From the human T2T-CHM13v2.0 reference genome, Homo sapiens: 64,000 bases of DNA. The DNA lies in assembly GCF_009914755.1 (NCBI RefSeq), contig NC_060934.1. One strand, given 5' to 3'. Under the pieces are notes generated by a model. It made no database searches, was not told the DNA's origin, and worked only from the letters and a program-made list of their open reading frames with translations. A program made the position numbers and the translations under genes. Below are positions 59,181 through 64,000 of this stretch, one piece after another; the stretch's first letter is position 1, and each line of letters opens with the position of its first letter.

Positions 59181-60039
59181 AGGCTGTAGGGTCTCTGTAT
59201 CTATTCCCAATTTAGTGCCTTACTTCTTGGCTCCTGTCACTGATACGTTTTGTACTCTCTGGTGCTACATCTTCTAAGAATTCCTCTTTAAACAAAGGTC
59301 TCAGACTGTAGGCTTTAGATGTGTTTTTGTAATCAACCTAATGTTTATAAGCGTTAAAACCAAAATTTAAACATCTAGGCACTTTTATATAAGCACATCT
59401 GGGTTCTCTTTAAAAATCTGATGAATGGGTAGCACTGGCTCACAGCCTGACATGGCAGCACCTGCATGTAGGGAACATACCCTCCCATTTATCCTGGTCC
59501 ACAACTTACCCAGCTTCTGCAGGTTTCTGAGTTTTTGAATCTTGCACTGAAACAGGAAACCAACTTGCTCCTTGTAATGTGCAACTTCCTCTGCTTTGTT
59601 GCATTTCCACCCTTCTTAAGCCCTCTTCCATATATTCCTTGGGAAAATGCAGTAAAAACAGTTGGACACTTGCTTCGACACTAGCTTCTTCCTTTAAGTA
59701 GACTGCAGTTAGCGTCATTGTTCCATCTCAAGACTCCCTGTGACTTTGCATTAATTTTCTGAATCCTTGGCTCTATAGGGATGATGATGATGTTGGTATG
59801 TGTGTGTGTTTGTACATCTATGCACGCAGATTTAATATAATACACATATAATTTTTTGTTTTAAAATTGAGTCATTTTACTATAGTAAAATTAAAGTGAA
59901 CTCCCTTGGGCTATTATTTAATACCTAGGAAGGCAAATTGGATTTATTATGGATTCTACTACAATGTAATATTGTAAGTTTCTGTTGTTATCCTTGTTAT
60001 TATTATTAACTTACATGTAATGGCTGCTTGCTCTGGGCT

Positions 60040-60290
60040 GGATACAGAGTTAAGGACTTAGTATGCATTATCTAAGTTAATTCTTAGGACTCTGGGGTAG
60101 ATCTTAGTTCCCATATTCCATGGATTAGAAAGTTAAAAATCAGATAGATTAAATAAAATTGTCAAGTTATACAGTTAAAAATCAGACAGATTCAATAAAA
60201 TTGTTGAGTTATACAGCTTAAGATACAGAATTGAAATTTGAACCTAGCTTATATGACATAGATCCAGGGGTCCCTCCCACTCTAGGCAGA
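60040..60290 (-). mobile_element. MIR with an internal 42-bp tandem duplication (60131-60172 and 60173-60214)
   Basis: agttaaaaatcaga(t/c)agatt(a/c)aataaaattgt(ca/tg)agttatac occurs twice. Confidence 0.7.
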
Positions 60291-60863
60291 AAATAGGCCC
60301 ATTTTTGCCTATTTAGCTACTAGTTAATAACTCATTTTTGACTTTTAAAGCATGCCCTAACATACATTGTGTCATTTATTTGCTTTGGAGGAAAAGAAGG
60401 TAAGAATGAGTTCTGATGAGTGTCTATTATCTACCATTTTAGTTCTATATACCAATTGTTGAATATTTGATTAGTAACTATTCAGTAGAATATATGGGTG
60501 TTGTTTTGCATTTTTTATTAATATATGATTTATTAAATGAAATTACTGTGTTAATATTTGTTTTAAAGATTTAATGATTCTAGAATAGTCTTCATTGATA
60601 AGATAACCAAAATTTAATCTAGCCAGTGCTATATCTTTTCAGTTCAGCATTTGTTTTGTTTTGTTTTTCTTTGATACTTTGATATTATACTTTACTCATG
60701 GTATTTAATAAACTCAGTTCATTAACATCTTCTGCAAACTAATTGATTCTCCATAAGAGGGCTTTGTGTTCTTGTCAATTATTTGATGTCTTCACAAGAT
60801 TAGGTATCATTACATCCTAAAGCTAATTATTTTGCGAATGGTGTGGTGATTTTAATAGGCCTA

Positions 60864-60883
60864 ATATATATATATATATATAT
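60864..60883. repeat. (AT)n microsatellite
   Basis: atatatatatatatatatat. Confidence 0.9.
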
Positions 60884-61627
60884 GTACAGATTGCTGATAG
60901 CTTTTTAAAAATCAAGATGTCCTTTGAAGATGCTATGAATCATTACCATTAATTTCTGAGGTACTTAGTCATTATAGGGCATAATGCTTTGTGCCTTAGG
61001 GAACAAAAATGGAGATTGTAAACCATAAAACTCTCTAAAGGTAAGGTTTTCTTATTTTTATTTGCTTAGCTATCAAGTACATTGCTATATAGAACATTTA
61101 TCATATAGAATGTGAAGATAAAATACATAAATTTTGGTCTAATAAGGAAAAAATTTAGTTGAGAAAAAGTTCCATGCAGTTGCAAAGTTAAAAGGAAGAA
61201 AATGTTACAGTAGGTTAATTCAGCATGTACTGAAAATACTCATTTAATAACTGAAGCAATAATCATTTCTATGTCAAGAAGATACCACAAATGTTTTTTA
61301 TTATGATAATTTTCATTTCACAAAAATAATACATTTTGATAGCCCTTTGTTCCTTGTAAAGTCAGTTTCTACAGTTCCCTCTAATTACATTAATTTATCA
61401 TGAATCCTGAGTAAACATGTCCCTGAATTACTGATGGAGGTTTTATAGGAGCGTAGTGAATATTTAACTCCCTTTTTGAGAGAGTCATGGCTGATTTATA
61501 GCAATAACCTGAATAGGGTTGCTTTTACATTTCTCTAATGTATATTAAGCACTTTTGAGATCCAGGTACTGCATAAAATGTAGGGAAACAATACAAATAA
61601 AAAGCAGGAAAGACAGATGTGTAAATA

Positions 61628-61711
61628 GGCCGGGCGCGGTGGCTCACGCCTGTAATCCCAGCACTTGGGGAGGCCGAGAGAGGTGGATAACGTGAGGTCA
61701 GGAGTTCGAGA
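61628..61711 (+). mobile_element. 3'-truncated Alu (first 84 nt only) flanked by a 17-bp direct repeat
   Basis: ggccgggcgcggtggctcacgcc ... ggagttcgaga; repeats aga(c/t)agatgtgtaaata at 61611-61627 and 61709-61725. Confidence 0.92.
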
Positions 61712-62819
61712 TAGATGTGTAAATAGATGTATAAATGTAAAATTGAGAATGAGAAGCTTTGAGCTTTGAAAGTGTCAAAAGTAATGTGAAAATACATAGG
61801 AGAGTGCCTAATCCAGGCTGGATCAGAAAATGGGAATTTGGGAAGAATAGCTGATACCTAAATGAGTGTTAGGAGGATGAGTAGCCCTTCATTCCCAATC
61901 CCTGAAAAGTGAGTGGTTATGATGAGTGGGTGAGAAATGTGTTCAAATGGTCTAAGTATCTAAATAACAAACCTATGAGGGACTATAATTAGTTGGTTCC
62001 ATGAATGCCTTTATAATAAAAGAATCCAAATGTAAAGCTGTATGAGCAGAAGGTAAAGGAAGCAATTCACTCCAGGGAGATACCAGAGAAATTTAACAAC
62101 AAAAATTTCTAATTAGCTTAATCTTCTTTGGCTATATTTCTTAAACAATTTTAGTAAGGGATGACATGGTAAGAAAAGAGCAGGATCATAAAATAGCTGG
62201 ACTGTTACAAGTTGGCTTCTGTACAGATAATTATGGAATCCCGCAGTTACACAGAATACTTTCAAAGATAATCTGTTTGTAAAATTACAGTGTAATCTCA
62301 TTTTTTTTATTGGCTTTCACTTGTGGCTACCTGTAGTAGTGGAAAGTTTTGATATGTATCAAATGGAGAGGAAAATGGTAGAACATTTAAAAAAACGCTT
62401 AAACACTGCTCTTCCAAAGTGTCCTGAAAGAGAGTTACGATGAGTCATTCTTTTACAGAAGTACGAGATGAATAATTTGTAAGAATCAGAGTCTAGGAAG
62501 AGATTTTTCCCTGTGATAAGTCTTAGAAAGACCACTTTGTCTTAGCATCATTCTCTAACTATGAAGACACTATGTCACACAGTATTTTGACACAGGCCTT
62601 ATTGTGGATCCTCTTTTCTCTATGGTTTTTCTTTAAAATACATGTAATCCTGGGAGGGGTAACAGGTCGGAGTAGGAGAGTAGGGTTTGAGATATGTGTG
62701 GGGAAAATAAAAGATGGATCACAGTGGGTTCAAAGTATAAATTCAATCTACATCACACAAAAGTAAAAAGTGATACAGGTTCATCTATAAGATGTTACCA
62801 TCCACAGTGACTTAGATAC

Positions 62820-63020
62820 TGTTAGGGTTGCTTTTGGAATCACAAACCTAGGGTATAAGCCTGGCTTGCCACTAAATAGCCACGCAGTCCTGAGTTGACT
62901 TCATTCTGTAAGGCTCCTTTTCCTCATTGGGACAAATTAAGATTTGGGCACTTGCCTCCTAAGTCGAGAACTAAACAGGAGAGTGCTTGTAATGCATTTG
63001 GCACAGTGCTTGGCATATGG
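62820..63020 (+). mobile_element. MIR
   Basis: tggaatcacaaacctaggg ... gccactaaatagc ... tttggcacagtgcttggcatatgg. Confidence 0.65.
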
Positions 63021-64000
63021 CTGCTGCTTCTGCTGCTTTGGATTTCATTATTCTTATTTATTTTATTATCGATGATGACAATGCTAGTATTCTTAGAGTA
63101 ATCTACTTACAGGGGAATAATGAAGACCTTCCAGAGATTTCGTAAGCCAAAAATGTCAGTGGCACTTTCAGATTTGAATCTTGTCCCAGGATTATGGACA
63201 GCAATGAATTCAGTGAGGGGTAGGGATTCCTGTCTCATGGGGCCATTCCGGCCTTCTCCCAGCACAGTGAACTCATGTAAAGAGACTGGACAGGAATCCC
63301 CTTTGGTGTGAGGCCAAGGAAGGGCTTGCTAGTATATTTTAATAATTGATTTTGTTTTAATGCTTCTGTTGTATCTCTAGGGAAGCGTTAAGACAAGTCC
63401 AAAATCAGCAGCAGTGTTTGACTAGTTTTCCAGGAGCACTAATGGACTACGTGGAGTTAGAAGCATGGCCACCTGGCCTCACAGTGATGAATGATGTTAA
63501 TTTGTTACATGCTAAAATAAATTCAGTGCACAGTCTGTACAATGAAACCGTTTTTATTTGTTTTTCTGCCGAGTTAGCTGACCTTTGGCACCACACCGAA
63601 GGGTTAAATGCTATAGATTTACTGTTGATCCTAATTCAGCTAAGATGAGCCCAGCCCCTGAGGATCCCTATTGATGATGTTTTAATAAACCTTGACAACT
63701 ATGCAAGTTTTCCTTTATCCCTCTGAGAAGAAATAGAAATATCTGTTGCCAAGAGACTACTCACTTTATGTGAAATTATGGTCAAAACGAGAGCCTTTAT
63801 CCAAGATGAATTGTTAAAATTGCTTTGCTGGTTTCATAGAATCTATGGTATTGTCATTTGTGAATCACCTTTACTTCATTTTATTTTTTCCAACCTCTTA
63901 TTTATATCTGCTTTATTACTAACTGGAGTTTTATGAAAACAAGTAAAGGATTAAGTTCCTTTCATAAGGAAACATAGCTTAAAGGAAATAATATTTTCAA

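Overview
Human intronic DNA from the middle of PRKG1 (cGMP-dependent protein kinase I, + strand). A complete AluYg6, a human-specific subfamily, supports the species call. Only two coding exons are present: 17572-17649 (78 nt, [26 protein letters not shown]) and 25624-25718 (95 nt, [32 protein letters not shown]). Both encode part of the second cyclic-nucleotide-binding domain and are probably exons 6 and 7. The rest is intron rich in transposable elements: the 5' part of an antisense HERV-H provirus with an LTR7 of the pluripotency-associated type, a twin-primed L1, a MER52 solo LTR, THE1/MST/MLT1 LTRs, Alus, MIR/L2 and hAT DNA-transposon relics. None of the ORFs in the supplied track is a real gene. 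The most interesting signal is that the second exon starts with GTAAGT, where the PRKG1 protein I recall implies GTAAAT (Asn). This makes the acceptor, and the spliced exon-exon junction ACG|GTAAGT, a consensus 5' splice site, so the exon is a candidate for allele-dependent recursive splicing. Smaller findings include three template-switch scars, a 3'-truncated Alu with target-site duplications, and a THE1 LTR nested in an AluJ. Repeat subfamily calls were made by eye from remembered consensus sequences, and boundaries of old repeats are approximate.
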